A stretch of 64,000 nucleotides of DNA from Acidimicrobiia bacterium (GCA_040878345.1 JBBDML010000014.1:24544-88543); one strand, 5' to 3'; shown: positions 17,876 to 28,491, numbered from the stretch's first letter. Made by a program: numbers and translations. The notes: a model not told the origin generated them from the sequence alone.

Positions 17876-17889
17876 TCGGGTCCTGGGAC

Positions 17890-17972
17890 GACCTGGCAAT
17901 GCATTTGCACCAGGGCTCGGTAGACGCACCCGCATACAAATGCATCGCACTCAACAGGTACCCTCGCCGCTC
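17890..17972 (+). promoter_or_regulatory. Conserved 5' leader/operator, copy A, upstream of the first M20 peptidase
   Basis: About 92% identical by hand alignment to 19127-19209. It contains the hairpin CCTGG(17892-17896)/CCAGG(17910-17914) and the inverted pair ATGCATTTGCA (17899-17909) / TACAAATGCAT (17935-17945). Confidence 0.6.
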
Positions 17973-19118
17973 ATGACCCGCAAGGACACCGCTGAGCAGG
18001 CGTTTGCCGCAGTCGAGAGCGAACTCCGCGAGATCTCGCATTGGATGTACCACCACCCCGAGTTGGCGTACGCCGAGCACCAGTCGTCGAGCCGTATCTC
18101 CCGCTTCCTCGGTGAGCACGGGATGTCCGTGACCTACCCGGCCCATGGCCTGGACACCGCCTTCGAGGCGACCGCGGGCACTTCGGGCCCGAGGGTGGTG
18201 ATCTGCTGTGAGTACGACGCCCTCCCCGGTGTGGGACATGCCTGCGGCCACAACATCATCGCCACCGCTGCTGCCGGTGCCGGGGCCGCCCTGGCCGGGC
18301 AGGCTGGGGAGCTAGAGATCAGGATCACCGTCCTGGGCACACCCGCCGAAGAGGCCGGCGGGGGCAAGATCGACCTCATCAACGCCGGTGCCTTCGAAGA
18401 CGTCGCCGCCGCCATGATGATCCACCCCGAGGGCAACGACGACGTGATCGATGGCAGGGCCCTGGCCATCCAGGCATTCGTCGTCGAGTTCCACGGAAAA
18501 GCCTCACACGCCTCGGGGGCGCCGCAGCTCGGGGTGAACGCCCTCGACGCCTTCGTACAGTCCTACAACAACGTGTCGACCCTTCGGCAACACCTCCTCC
18601 CCACCGACCGGGTCCACGGCATGATCACCCACGGTGGTGAGGCGGCCAACGTGATCCCGGCCTACACGCGGTCGGAGTGGATGGTCCGGGCTCCCTCCGG
18701 CGAGCGCCTCACCGAGCTGATCGCAAAGGTCACCAGCTGTTTCGAGGCTGCCGCCATGGCTACGGGTAGCCGGGTGGAGATCACCCCCGACGGCCATCCG
18801 TACGTTGACCTGATCACCAACCCTGTCATGGCGGGTCTGTACTCGGCGAACTCGACCGCGTTGGGACGACCGATGCTCACCTGGGATGAGCTGGAAGACC
18901 AGCAGGCCGGGTCGACCGACATGGGCAACGTCAGTCATGTGGTCCCTTCGATCCATCCCTCCCTCGTCGTCGAGGCCAACGGGGCCGTGAACCACCAACC
19001 CGAGTTCGCCGCCGCAACCATCACCCCATCGGGTGACCTGGCCATCAGGGATGGCGCCCTGGGGATGGCCTGGACGGTGATAGATCTCGCCGAGAAAGAT
19101 CTCTGGGACCAGCTCTAG
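17973..19118 (+). CDS. M20-family metallopeptidase/amidohydrolase (M20D/AbgB-like), paralog 1
   Basis: HPELAYAEH, CEYDALPGVGHACGHN, GTPAEEAGGGK. Start uncertain; ATG 17940 (MHRTQQVPSPLM...) is an in-frame alternative. Confidence 0.85.
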   Translation: MTRKDTAEQAFAAVESELREISHWMYHHPELAYAEHQSSSRISRFLGEHGMSVTYPAHGLDTAFEATAGTSGPRVVICCEYDALPGVGHACGHNIIATAAAGAGAALAGQAGELEIRITVLGTPAEEAGGGKIDLINAGAFEDVAAAMMIHPEGNDDVIDGRALAIQAFVVEFHGKASHASGAPQLGVNALDAFVQSYNNVSTLRQHLLPTDRVHGMITHGGEAANVIPAYTRSEWMVRAPSGERLTELIAKVTSCFEAAAMATGSRVEITPDGHPYVDLITNPVMAGLYSANSTALGRPMLTWDELEDQQAGSTDMGNVSHVVPSIHPSLVVEANGAVNHQPEFAAATITPSGDLAIRDGALGMAWTVIDLAEKDLWDQL

Positions 19119-19126
19119 TTGTCGGA

Positions 19127-19209
19127 GACCTGGCAATGCATTTGCACCAGGGCTCGATAAGCGCACCCGCATGCAAATGCATCGCACTCAAGCGGTACCC
19201 TCGCCGGTC
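19127..19209 (+). promoter_or_regulatory. Conserved 5' leader/operator, copy B, upstream of the second M20 peptidase
   Basis: Same element as 17890-17972, with a perfect inverted pair ATGCATTTGCA (19136-19146) / TGCAAATGCAT (19172-19182). Confidence 0.6.
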
Positions 19210-20355
19210 ATGAGTCCCAAGGAGACAGCAGAGGAAGCCTTCGCCGCGGTCGAGGGGGAGCTCCGCACGATCAGCCACTGGATGTACGAGAACCCGGAGC
19301 TCGGGTTCAAGGAGTTCGAGTCGTCACGGCGTCTCGCCGATTACCTCGGCGACCACGGGTTCTCGGTTGTCTACCCGGCCCATGGCCTCGACACCGCTTT
19401 CGAGGCGACCGCCGGCACTTCGGGCCCGAGAGTGGTCATCTGCTGTGAGTACGACGCCCTCCCCGAAGTGGGCCATGCCTGCGGGCACAACATCATCGCC
19501 ACCGCCGCCCTTGGCGCCGGGATCGCCGTCGCCGGTCTCGCCGATCAGTTGGGGATAAGGGTCACCGTCCTGGGCACACCCGCCGAGGAGGGAGGCGGAG
19601 GCAAGGTGGAGCTGATCAATGCCGGCGCCTTCGAAGACGCCGCCGCCGCCATGATGATCCACCCCAGCCCTGAGGACGAGCTCGATCCCTCATTCCAGGC
19701 GAGGGAGTCTTTCAGCGTGGAGTACTTCGGCAAGGAGACCCACGCCGCATTTGCGCCCCACGTCGGGATCAATGCGCTCGACGGGTTCGTTCAGGCCTAC
19801 CTCAACGTGGCCACCCTGCGCCAGCACCTCTTGGGGAGCGACCGGGTCCATTGCATCATCAACCACGGGGGCGATGCGTCCAACATCATCCCGGCCTACA
19901 CCCGTTCGACGTGGGGGATTCGGTCGGCCACCAATGAGCGACTCCAGGAACTGATCCCCAGGGTCAAGGCGTGCTTCGAGGCCGCGGCCATCGCCACCGG
20001 GTGTCGGGTGGAGGTCACGTCGGTGGACCATCCCTATCTGAACATGGTCAACAACCGGATGATGACCTCCCTGTTCAAGGCGAACTCGGAGGGCCTGGGA
20101 AGGCCGATGCCACTCGAGGCCGAGCTCGGCGCCCAGGGCGGCTCATCGGACATGGGAAACGTGAGCCAGGTGGTCCCCTCGATCCATCCGATGATCGGCC
20201 TGGCGTCGGCTGGTGCGGTCAACCATCAGAAGGAGTTCGCCGCCGCCACCATCACCGAATCGGGTGATCAGGCGATCCGGGATGGGGCATTGGCCATGGC
20301 ATACACCGTGATAGATCTTGCCGAGCAGGGCCTATGGAATCAGCTCACCAGCTGA
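19210..20355 (+). CDS. M20-family metallopeptidase/amidohydrolase, paralog 2 (tandem duplicate)
   Basis: Collinear with paralog 1; roughly two thirds of residues are identical by eye. Same metal-site motifs. In-frame alternative starts at 19171 and 19177. Confidence 0.85.
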   Translation: MSPKETAEEAFAAVEGELRTISHWMYENPELGFKEFESSRRLADYLGDHGFSVVYPAHGLDTAFEATAGTSGPRVVICCEYDALPEVGHACGHNIIATAALGAGIAVAGLADQLGIRVTVLGTPAEEGGGGKVELINAGAFEDAAAAMMIHPSPEDELDPSFQARESFSVEYFGKETHAAFAPHVGINALDGFVQAYLNVATLRQHLLGSDRVHCIINHGGDASNIIPAYTRSTWGIRSATNERLQELIPRVKACFEAAAIATGCRVEVTSVDHPYLNMVNNRMMTSLFKANSEGLGRPMPLEAELGAQGGSSDMGNVSQVVPSIHPMIGLASAGAVNHQKEFAAATITESGDQAIRDGALAMAYTVIDLAEQGLWNQLTS

Positions 20356-20432
20356 CCGGCCCATGCTCGGAAAGGCCACCTAACTAGGCTTTACCCAGTG
20401 CTCATCACACCTCGCGCCGCTAATCTGCCCTT

Positions 20433-21427
20433 GTGACCTCGACCCTGAGCGCGCCGGTACTCCAGGTCTCCGATCTGACAACCCAGTTCGTAACCCAGGA
20501 CGGAGTGGTCCATGCGGTGAACGGGGTCAGCTTCGCACTCAACCGCGGGGAGTTCCTAGGCATTGTCGGCGAGAGCGGGTCGGGCAAGAGCGTCACCATG
20601 ATGTCGTTGCTCAGACTCATCCCGATGCCTCCTGGGGAGATCGTCTTAGGGACCGCGATCTTCGGGGGCAAGGATTTGATCACCATGGAGCTCGAAGACC
20701 TGAGGGACGTCAGGGGCGGGGAGATCGGCTTCATCTTCCAAGACCCGCTGACCTCGCTCAACCCGGTCCTCACCGTGGGATTCCAGATCGAGGAGTCGCT
20801 CCGGATCCACACCGAGCTCACCGATGATGAACGGCCCGTGCGGGCTCAGGAATTGCTGGAGCTGGTGGGGATCCCGGCGGCGAAGCAACGACTCGAAAGC
20901 TACCCCCACGAGCTGTCGGGTGGGATGCGACAGCGGGTGATGATCGCCATGTCCCTAGCTTGTTACCCACAGGTGATCATCGCCGACGAGCCGACCACGG
21001 CCCTCGATGTCACCATCCAGGCTCAGATCATCGAGATCGTCAAGGAGCTGAGAGAGCGACTGGGGACCGCGGTGATCTGGATCACCCACGACCTGGGCGT
21101 GATCGCCGGGCTGGCCGACCGGGTATTGGTGATGTATGGCGGCCAGATCGTCGAGGAGGCTCTCGTCGGGGAGCTCTACGCCTCGCCCCAGCACCCCTAC
21201 ACCGAGGGCTTGCTCGGATCGATCCCCCGACTCGACCAGAAAGGGTCGAAGCTGATCAACATCCAAGGCCAGCCGCCCAGCCTGTACTCGAAACCGATGA
21301 GTTGCTCGTTTGCCCCGAGGTGCCCATACGCGTTCGACAGGTGCCTGCAGGAGAACCCGCCATTGATGCAGGTGTCCGATGGCCACTACTCGGCATGCTG
21401 GTGGGACATCGACAACGCGAGGCCGAG

Positions 21428-21431
<4 letters not shown>
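20433..21431 (+). CDS. Peptide ABC transporter ATP-binding protein (DppD/OppD type)
   Basis: Walker A GESGSGKS, signature LSGGMRQR, and an oligopeptide-type C-terminal extension. GTG start. Confidence 0.9.
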
Positions 21432-22450
<1,019 letters not shown>

Positions 22451-22563
22451 CCATGGGTTCGCCCGTCGGCGCAACCCGATTCGAGACGCCCTTTGACGCG
22501 ATTACTGGTACCGTGAAACCACGCCAGGGCGTTCGGTCCTGGTGGTACGGAGGAGAAAACTCT

Positions 22564-24357
22564 ATGAAGAAATGGACATGGCTGGGGCTGGTCGCCGCAT
22601 TCGCATTAGTGCTTGCGGCCTGTAGTCCCAGCGATACCGGTAGCACCACCACAGCCGCGGGCCCTGGCACGACGGCTGAGCCTGGTGGTTCTACCACCAC
22701 CCCTGGCCCGGCAGTGGAAGCCGGCACGGGTGGGGAGCTGCTCCTGTTGCAGTGGCAGGCTCCATCACAGGCCAACCCCTATCTATCGACCGGAACCAAA
22801 GACTTGCTGGCCAGCTCCCTGGTCCTCGAGGCTCTGGCTGAGTACGACCCGGTTGGCGGGATCGTCCCCGCACTGGCGGCGGAGATCCCGTCCGCGGACA
22901 ACGGAGGCCTCCCCGAAGACCAGATGTCGATCACCTGGGTACTCCAGGAGGGTTTGACCTGGTCGGACGGGACCCCGGTGACGGCGGATGACGTCGTCTT
23001 CAGCTGGGAGTACTGCTCCGACGCCCTGACCGGTTGCGCCGCCGACTTCACCACTGTGGAGAGCGTGGTAGCTGTCGATGACCTCACGGTCACCGTCAAC
23101 TTCGTCTCACCGCAGCCGTTCCCCTTCCTGCACTTTGTCGGGTTCACCACCCCGGTCATCCAGAGGGCCCAGTTCGCCGACTGTGTCGGCGAGGCGGCGA
23201 AGGCCTGCACCGAGCAGAACTTCGCCCCGGTGGGCACCGGCCCCTACATGGTCACCGAGTTGAGGCCAGAGGACACTGTCACCTACGCCTTCAACCCGAG
23301 CTACCGCGGCGTTGCCGAGGGCAAGCCGTACTTCGGTACCGTGACCATCAAGGGTGGCGGTGACGCCGAGGCTTCGGCACGTTCGGTGTTGGAGATCGCT
23401 GAGGCCGACTACGGGTGGAACCTCCAGGTTGCCCCCGAGATCCTCGGTCCGATGGAAGCAGCCGGCAACGGCCGTGTCGCAACCGCGTTCACGTCCAGCG
23501 TCGAGCACATCAACTTCAACCAGACCGACCCGGCCGACGATGAGAACCGCAGCGACTACGCCGGCGGTGCCAACCCCCACCCGGTGTTCTTCGACAACCC
23601 TGATCTGATCAGGGCGCTGTCGATGGCCATCAACCGGGAGGAGTTGGTCGCAGTCGGCTACGGCGCAACCGGGGCCCCCACCTGCAACATCTGGCCGGTG
23701 GGTGCTCAGAACTCGACCAACAACGACTGGTGTCTGACCCAGGACGTGGCGGGTGCGATAGCGCTGCTCGACCAGATCGGCGCTGTCGACTCCGATGGCG
23801 ATGGTGTTCGTGAGTGGGAAGGAATCCCGCTCGAGTTCGACTACGTCACCTCGACCAACGCGGTGCGGCAGTCGAACCAGGCGCTGATCGAGGCCTACTG
23901 GGCCGAGATCGGTGTGGTTGCCAACATGAGTAACGAGGACGCAGCGCTGTTCTTCGATGGCACCAACGCCAGTGACGCTTCCATCTGGAAGTTCTTCACC
24001 GACATCGAGATGTTCACCAACAGCTCGGTCGGCCCTGACGCCCAGGGCTACCTGGTTACGTACGTAACGTCTCAGATCCCGGAGTCGACCAACAACTACG
24101 CCGGTGGCAACATCCCGCGCTACGCCAGTGCGGAATACGACGCCACCTGGGACGAGCTGGCGGCCACCCCGCTGGACGACCCGGCCCGTGACGAACTGGT
24201 GATCGCGCTGAACGACCTCGTTGTCCAGAGCGGCGCCATCGTCCCGTTGATCAACCGTGCCTCGGTGTCGGCATTCGCCAATGACATCCAGGGCGTCGGG
24301 GACCTCAACGGATGGGACTCGGAGTACTGGAACGTCGAGAACTGGACACGTGGCTAG
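22564..24357 (+). CDS. ABC transporter substrate-binding lipoprotein, family 5 (peptide/nickel type)
   Basis: The ATG at 22564 follows GGAGGA. Lipobox LVLAAC. The size and sequence are typical of family-5 SBPs. Confidence 0.88.
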   Translation: MKKWTWLGLVAAFALVLAACSPSDTGSTTTAAGPGTTAEPGGSTTTPGPAVEAGTGGELLLLQWQAPSQANPYLSTGTKDLLASSLVLEALAEYDPVGGIVPALAAEIPSADNGGLPEDQMSITWVLQEGLTWSDGTPVTADDVVFSWEYCSDALTGCAADFTTVESVVAVDDLTVTVNFVSPQPFPFLHFVGFTTPVIQRAQFADCVGEAAKACTEQNFAPVGTGPYMVTELRPEDTVTYAFNPSYRGVAEGKPYFGTVTIKGGGDAEASARSVLEIAEADYGWNLQVAPEILGPMEAAGNGRVATAFTSSVEHINFNQTDPADDENRSDYAGGANPHPVFFDNPDLIRALSMAINREELVAVGYGATGAPTCNIWPVGAQNSTNNDWCLTQDVAGAIALLDQIGAVDSDGDGVREWEGIPLEFDYVTSTNAVRQSNQALIEAYWAEIGVVANMSNEDAALFFDGTNASDASIWKFFTDIEMFTNSSVGPDAQGYLVTYVTSQIPESTNNYAGGNIPRYASAEYDATWDELAATPLDDPARDELVIALNDLVVQSGAIVPLINRASVSAFANDIQGVGDLNGWDSEYWNVENWTRG

Positions 24358-24386
24358 AGCTTCGTAGTCCAAATCGACACAGTCGA

Positions 24387-24423
24387 AAGAGGGGCCTTTC
24401 AGGAAACCTGAAAGGCCCCTCTT
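24387..24423 (+). terminator. Perfect 17-bp stem / 3-nt loop hairpin between the SBP and permease genes (intra-operon attenuator/terminator)
   Basis: AAGAGGGGCCTTTCAGG-AAA-CCTGAAAGGCCCCTCTT. Confidence 0.7.
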
Positions 24424-24461
24424 GCTATGCTGACGTCTTGCGGAACTGGCACGGATAGCCC

Positions 24462-25475
24462 ATGGGTCGTTATGTGATACGGCGGATGCTGTTTGCCATC
24501 CCCACACTCGTCGTCATAAGCCTGATCATCTTCGCCATCCTCGACCTGGCGCCGGGCGATCCGACATCACAGCTCCCACTCACCCTGCCCGCCGAGATCA
24601 GGGAGCAGATCCGGGAGTCGCTCGGCATCAACGACCCATTCCTGATCAAATGGGTCAAATGGATGAGGCTCATGTTCATCAATGAGCCGCTCAATGCCAT
24701 CGAGAACATCTTCAACGTCTGCATCGGCGAATGCGAAGGGAGGGCCCGGATCATCTCGTGGTCGTCCCGGGCCCCGGCCATCGACGTCATAATGCAGCGG
24801 ATCCCCCAGACCCTGTGGGTGCTGGGGCTGGCATTCGTCATCGGCACCCTGATCGCCATCCCGGTGGGGATCATCTCGGCCTACAAGCAGTACTCGGCCT
24901 TCGACAACGTTGGAACCTTATTCTCGACGATTGGGTTCTCGGTGCCCACTTTCTTCACCGGTCTCCTCGCCATCGTCATCTTCAGCGTCACCCTCGACTG
25001 GTTCCCCTCGTTCTACGACACCACTCTCGTGGTCAACAGTTGGGAGACCCTGGTGCGGCAGGTCAAGCAGATGATCATGCCGGTGGCGGTCCTCTCCCTG
25101 TTCAACGCCGCCGCCCTGAGCCGGTTCACCAGGGCATCGATGCTCGACAACCTCAACGAGGACTATGTCCGCACCGCCCGGTCCAAGGGCGTCAGTGAGA
25201 GGAAAGTGGTGATGACCCACGTCCTCCGCAACAGCCTGATACCGGTGGTCACTCTGCTCGCCCTGCAGATCCCGGGCATCTTCGGGGGGGCGATCATCAC
25301 CGAGCAGATCTTCCGGATCAACGGCCTGGGACAGTTGCTGATCGTCGCCATCGGGCAATCGGACGTGCCCATGGTCCAGACCCTCACCTTCATCTTCGCA
25401 GTGTTGATCGTGGTCTTCAATCTGGTGGCCGACGTGACATACGGTTTTCTCGACCCTCGAATCAGATACGACTGA
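24462..25475 (+). CDS. Peptide ABC transporter permease (DppB/OppB type)
   Basis: 337-aa polytopic protein with the N-terminus MGRYVIRRMLFAIPTLVVISLIIF and an EAA-loop region. Confidence 0.9.
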   Translation: MGRYVIRRMLFAIPTLVVISLIIFAILDLAPGDPTSQLPLTLPAEIREQIRESLGINDPFLIKWVKWMRLMFINEPLNAIENIFNVCIGECEGRARIISWSSRAPAIDVIMQRIPQTLWVLGLAFVIGTLIAIPVGIISAYKQYSAFDNVGTLFSTIGFSVPTFFTGLLAIVIFSVTLDWFPSFYDTTLVVNSWETLVRQVKQMIMPVAVLSLFNAAALSRFTRASMLDNLNEDYVRTARSKGVSERKVVMTHVLRNSLIPVVTLLALQIPGIFGGAIITEQIFRINGLGQLLIVAIGQSDVPMVQTLTFIFAVLIVVFNLVADVTYGFLDPRIRYD

Positions 25476-25492
25476 ACAGCTGGGACGGATCA

Positions 25493-26434
25493 ATGGCTAC
25501 GACACAGGAACGAATCGGAGAACAGGCGCAGGCGCCGATCAAGGAGGCCGGGGAGAGGTATCGGTCACTGCGCTCCGACGTCTGGCGCCAGTTCAAGCGT
25601 CACAAAGGCGCCATGGTGGGGCTAGTGATCCTGGGCATCGTGGTCATCGCCACCATCCTCGGTCCGATCCTCTACCCGCTGGACCCGTACGCCATCGACA
25701 CCGCGATCGCCAACCAGACCCCGTCCTGGGATCACCCGATGGGAACCGACAACCTGGGTCGTGACGTGATGGCCCGGATCCTGGTCGGGGGGAGAATCTC
25801 GCTGGCGGTCGGGTTCACCGCCATGCTCTTCGGTCTGGTCCTCGGCACCGCCATCGGCATCCTCTCGGGGTTCTTCAAGAAGCTGGACAGCCCGCTGATG
25901 CGGTTCACCGACCTGTTCTTGGCGCTTCCCATCCTCCCTCTGCTCCTGGTGGTCATCATGTTGTTCCGGGAGAGCCTCAAGAACGCCTTTGGCGAGGAAA
26001 TGGGGATCTTCTTACTGGTGGTGTTCATCATCGGGGCCACCAGCTGGATGCAAACCTCGCGGGTGGTGAGGGGGGAGGTCCTCGCCATCAAGGAGGAGGA
26101 GTTCGTGGTGGCCGCCCACAGCATCGGCACCCGGAAGCGAAACGTGGTGATGCGCCACATCCTCCCCAACGTGCTCAGCCCGGTGATGGTGTCCGGCGCC
26201 CTGGGCGTCGCCGCAGCCATCCTCACCGAGTCGGCGCTGTCCTTCCTCGGCCTGGGGTTCCCCGCCAGCTTCCCCACCTGGGGCCGGCTCCTATTCGACG
26301 CCAAGGACTACCTCCAGCTCAACCCGATGCGGGTGATCTGGCCCGGGATCATGATCTCGGCGACGGTGATGAGCGTGAACTTCATCGGTGATGGGATCCG
26401 GGACGCCCTCGATCCCAAGCTGCGAAGCCGCTGA
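25493..26434 (+). CDS. Peptide ABC transporter permease (DppC/OppC type)
   Basis: 313-aa polytopic protein. PMGTDNLGRDVMARIL is typical of the C-type permease. Confidence 0.9.
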   Translation: MATTQERIGEQAQAPIKEAGERYRSLRSDVWRQFKRHKGAMVGLVILGIVVIATILGPILYPLDPYAIDTAIANQTPSWDHPMGTDNLGRDVMARILVGGRISLAVGFTAMLFGLVLGTAIGILSGFFKKLDSPLMRFTDLFLALPILPLLLVVIMLFRESLKNAFGEEMGIFLLVVFIIGATSWMQTSRVVRGEVLAIKEEEFVVAAHSIGTRKRNVVMRHILPNVLSPVMVSGALGVAAAILTESALSFLGLGFPASFPTWGRLLFDAKDYLQLNPMRVIWPGIMISATVMSVNFIGDGIRDALDPKLRSR

Positions 26435-26439
26435 TTCCT

Positions 26440-26486
26440 TTCTGTGCGGATCTGTGACGGAGGGGTTCGCGCGAATCCGCACAGAA
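26440..26486 (-). repeat. 47-nt palindromic intergenic repeat, copy 5 (loop in the opposite orientation)
   Basis: TTCTGTGCGGAT-CTGTGACGGAGGGGTTCGCGCGA-ATCCGCACAGAA, the exact reverse complement of copy 1. Confidence 0.9.
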
Positions 26487-26495
26487 CGGTCGGGG

Positions 26496-27638
26496 TCAGG
26501 GTCGGGGCAAGGCCATGGAGATGCGATCGATGATCTCGACCAGTACTTCCTCCTGGGTGCCGAAGTTCAGCCTGACGTGACCCTCCCCCCCGGTGCCGAA
26601 CTGGGCACCCCCGGTTACCCCCACCCTGGCCCGGTCGAGCAGATAGTCGGCCGGTTCGTCCCATCCGAAACTGCTCATGTCGAGCCAAGCCAGATAGGTG
26701 GCCTCAGGCTCCCGGTAACCGACTCCCGGGAGTCTCTCCTCGATCAGCTCGCCGAGAAGGCGACGGTTGGAGTGGAGAGTGGCCATGACCCCATCGAGCC
26801 ACTCCCGACCTCTCGAGTAGGCGGCGGCGGAGGCGATGAGGCCAAGCGTGCCGACCCCGATCTTCTCGGGTGTGTAGTAGGCCGACCACACGTCGACGTC
26901 CTCGTCGTTGGTGAGAACCACCTGGGCCGATTTGAGCCCAGGCAGGTTCCAGGCCTTCGAGGCGGCGGTGACCGTCACCACGGTTCCGTGGTCGACATTG
27001 GCCGCAGCCACGTGCTCGGCATTCTCGAAGGTGAGCGCAGCGTGGATCTCGTCGGAGATCACCCGGGCGCCATGGGAGCTGGCGATGCTGACCACCTCTT
27101 CCACCTCCGGCAGAGTCAGGCTCCGTCCCACCGGGTTCCACGGGTTGCACAGAACGAGTGATCCAGCTCCGGCCGCAAGAGCCCGGCCAATGCCATCGAG
27201 ATCGAGGTGATAGACGCCGTCTTGGTCGCGGAGTGCGGTGACCTCGACCATCTCACGACCTGCCCTCTCCACCATGGAGAAGAACGGGAAGTAGACCGGG
27301 GTGTGCAGGATCACCGGTGACCCGGGCCGGGTCAAGTGGGTGATCGCCCGCCGTATCCCCTCGATCACGTCCGGGGCGTGGAACACCCGATCCGGCCCAA
27401 CCTCCCAGCCAAGCCGATCGGCCCAGAATCTGCACCCAGACTCGGCCACCGCCGACTCGATGGCCGGATACGGATACCCGGTGTCACCACGGTCGATCGC
27501 CTCATGGAGGGCGTCGGTGACGGCCGGCGCCAGGCCGTAGTCCATCTCCGCAACCCAGCAAGGCAGTACGTCGGCCTTGAAGTAATTCCACTTCAGACCG
27601 GGACGAAGGGTTGGCTCGGTGATGGATGAGTCGCTCAC
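26496..27638 (-). CDS. PLP-dependent class I/II aminotransferase of the MalY/PatB C-S lyase (cystathionine beta-lyase) type
   Basis: 380 aa. The N-terminus (LKWNYFKADVLPCWVAEMDY) and SKAWNLPGLK (PLP lysine context) match this subgroup. Confidence 0.8.
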   Translation of the reverse strand: MSDSSITEPTLRPGLKWNYFKADVLPCWVAEMDYGLAPAVTDALHEAIDRGDTGYPYPAIESAVAESGCRFWADRLGWEVGPDRVFHAPDVIEGIRRAITHLTRPGSPVILHTPVYFPFFSMVERAGREMVEVTALRDQDGVYHLDLDGIGRALAAGAGSLVLCNPWNPVGRSLTLPEVEEVVSIASSHGARVISDEIHAALTFENAEHVAAANVDHGTVVTVTAASKAWNLPGLKSAQVVLTNDEDVDVWSAYYTPEKIGVGTLGLIASAAAYSRGREWLDGVMATLHSNRRLLGELIEERLPGVGYREPEATYLAWLDMSSFGWDEPADYLLDRARVGVTGGAQFGTGGEGHVRLNFGTQEEVLVEIIDRISMALPRP

Positions 27639-27651
27639 GCGCCCAGAGTAT

Positions 27652-28491
27652 TCAGGTGCCGGTGGAGACCGGGACTGCCCTCTCCACCCAGGCCCTGATC
27701 AGCAGGACCACGAAGAACAGGACGATGGGGACAAGGGCGATGGTGGCCGACCCGGCGGTTCCCAGGTGATAGCTCAGGGCCAGCCCGACCACCACTGAGG
27801 CCACCCCGATCAGGGAGGAGACCGCCATGATGGTGGGCACCCGGCGGGCTAGCAGGGCGGCCGTTGCCGGTGGGCCCACCAGCAACCCGAAAACCAGGAG
27901 GGTCCCCACAGTGCGGAAGGAGCCGACGATGGCCAACGTGATCACGGCGAGCAGGGCTCCGTGAGCCAGTCTCGGGCGCAGCCCCAGCAGCCTGGCCTTC
28001 TGCTCGTTGAAGGAGAGGACCAGGAAGGACCGGTGGAACAGGGCCATCACCGCGATGGTGAGCGCGGTCATGACGGCCAGGATCACCAGGTCGGTGCCTG
28101 TGACGCCTAAGGGGTCCCCAAAAAGGATTCCGGTGAGGTTTCCGGCATATGAGCCGGTTGTCGATATCAAGATGACACCTATGGCCAACATGCCCACGAA
28201 GAGCAGACCGATCCCGACATCCTCGGAGTAGGTGGTCTGCCGGTGAACCAGGTTGATCCCGGCGATCATCACCAGGGCGGCCAAGACCGCTCCGAACAGG
28301 GCGTTGACGTCGAGGATGATGGCCAGGGCGATGCCCGGGATCACACCGTGGACCAGGGCATCGCCGAGGAAGGTCATGCCACGGATCACCACCCAGGTGC
28401 CCACCAGGGCAAGGGCGATGGAGACCAGGATCCCACCGAGGAGGGCCCTTTGCTGGAAGGCGAGTTGGAACGGCTCGATGATCCAGTCCAT
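27652..28491 (-). CDS. znuB: Metal (Zn/Mn) ABC transporter permease
   Basis: Start at ATG 28491 (MDWIIEPFQLAFQQRAL...). Typical ABC-3 family membrane protein. The zinc assignment rests on the adjacent Zur-like box and regulator. Confidence 0.8.
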   Translation of the reverse strand: MDWIIEPFQLAFQQRALLGGILVSIALALVGTWVVIRGMTFLGDALVHGVIPGIALAIILDVNALFGAVLAALVMIAGINLVHRQTTYSEDVGIGLLFVGMLAIGVILISTTGSYAGNLTGILFGDPLGVTGTDLVILAVMTALTIAVMALFHRSFLVLSFNEQKARLLGLRPRLAHGALLAVITLAIVGSFRTVGTLLVFGLLVGPPATAALLARRVPTIMAVSSLIGVASVVVGLALSYHLGTAGSATIALVPIVLFFVVLLIRAWVERAVPVSTGT

